Shown here piece by piece: positions 63,765 through 64,000 of a DNA stretch of 64,000 nt (its first letter is position 1; each line of letters opens with the position of its first letter). Below the pieces are notes generated by a model, which worked only from the letters and a program-made list of their open reading frames with translations, searched no databases and had not been told where the DNA came from. This DNA comes from Candidatus Pacearchaeota archaeon. Its GTDB lineage: Archaea > Nanobdellota > Nanobdellia > Pacearchaeales > GW2011-AR1. The DNA is taken from positions 474,224-538,223 of the forward strand of contig JBAZWF010000001.1 in assembly GCA_041660485.1 (NCBI GenBank), in the 5' to 3' direction. A program made the translations under genes and the position numbers.

Positions 63765-64000
63765 ATGACAATAAAAAGAAAGAGTGGAGAGAAGAGTGAA
63801 AACGTCCTTAGCAAATTTGACTTAATGATTTTAAAAGTTCTCAATGAATCTAAAGATGATGTTGGAATTTTGGAACTCGCTCGTAGATTAAGTATAGGAC
63901 ATAGAGGAATTAAAAGACACATAATTAGATTAAATGATTATGGCCTTATCACAAAGAACCCAACTGGCAAGAACAAAATGATTGTACTAAAGATAACTGA
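63765..64000 (+). CDS. wHTH (MarR/ArsR-like) regulator, 5' fragment running off the window
   Basis: My own translation from ATG 63765: MTIKRKSGEKSENVLSKFDLMILKVLNESKDDVGILELARRLSIGHRGIKRHIIRLNDYGLITKNPTGKNKMIVLKIT... Divergent from the RHH gene. Confidence 0.5.
   Translation, partial: MTIKRKSGEKSENVLSKFDLMILKVLNESKDDVGILELARRLSIGHRGIKRHIIRLNDYGLITKNPTGKNKMIVLKIT

Larger units (their letters stand above)
50700..64000. mobile_element. integrated plasmid/provirus-like element (left border approximate, right end beyond window)
   Basis: Contiguous replication module (primase-helicase), RHH/XRE/wHTH regulators, serine recombinase, R-M + Vsr, Cas4-like nuclease and many orphan miniproteins. Recognisable host genes stop at 50663. 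Confidence 0.6.

Noticed and set aside
1-64000. Search for tRNA, rRNA, RNase P/SRP RNA and for a diversity-generating retroelement (common in DPANN archaea)
   Set aside because: No GC-rich cloverleaf-capable segment, rRNA-like block or reverse-transcriptase ORF was seen. The repeat pairs found are intergenic or in linkers and do not show the template/variable-repeat pattern at a gene 3' end. Small RNAs cannot be excluded without covariance-model scans.

Overview
This is an AT-rich, gene-dense archaeal chromosome segment. Archaeal identity is read directly from a PolD operon (DP1 + DP2), Orc1/Cdc6, an archaeal-type TyrRS, a class-III-signal-peptide pilin and Hef/XPF. The very low GC, short genes, many membrane or secreted proteins and sparse metabolism suggest a small-genome, DPANN-like archaeon (inference). 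Layout: (1) 0-36.9 kb holds housekeeping and cell-surface genes: split Hef helicase / XPF nuclease, an arginase-family enzyme, M16 peptidase, DRG GTPase, a 1681-aa surface protein, a pilin/M64-like peptidase operon, tyrS, Lrp/AsnC, SemiSWEET, an RRM protein, an MBL hydrolase, PolD with an intein, and cdc6. (2) 36.9-37.8 kb is a predicted replication origin with inverted ORB boxes around an almost pure-AT stretch. (3) 38.8-44.4 kb is a repeat-laden accessory block: two coiled-coil / repeat-linker / wHTH proteins, iteron-like arrays, clustered CAGCTG palindromes, orphan ORFs, and a HAD hydrolase plus serine recombinase. (4) 44.4-50.7 kb holds host genes (DUF192, pyrD, SNase, DUF1003, PAP2-like). 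(5) 50.7-64.0 kb is an integrated mobile element that runs off the window. It carries a primase-helicase, RHH/XRE/wHTH regulators, a serine recombinase and a REase-Vsr-Dcm module. It also carries a 7-gene operon combining a Cas4-like nuclease, a complete rhomboid protease, a HEPN-motif protein and small membrane proteins; this operon is my top candidate for an undescribed system. I recognised no rRNA, tRNA or CRISPR array. All calls rest on reading motifs by eye from the sequence and ORF track; no database search or folding was possible, so family names are hypotheses to confirm with profile searches.
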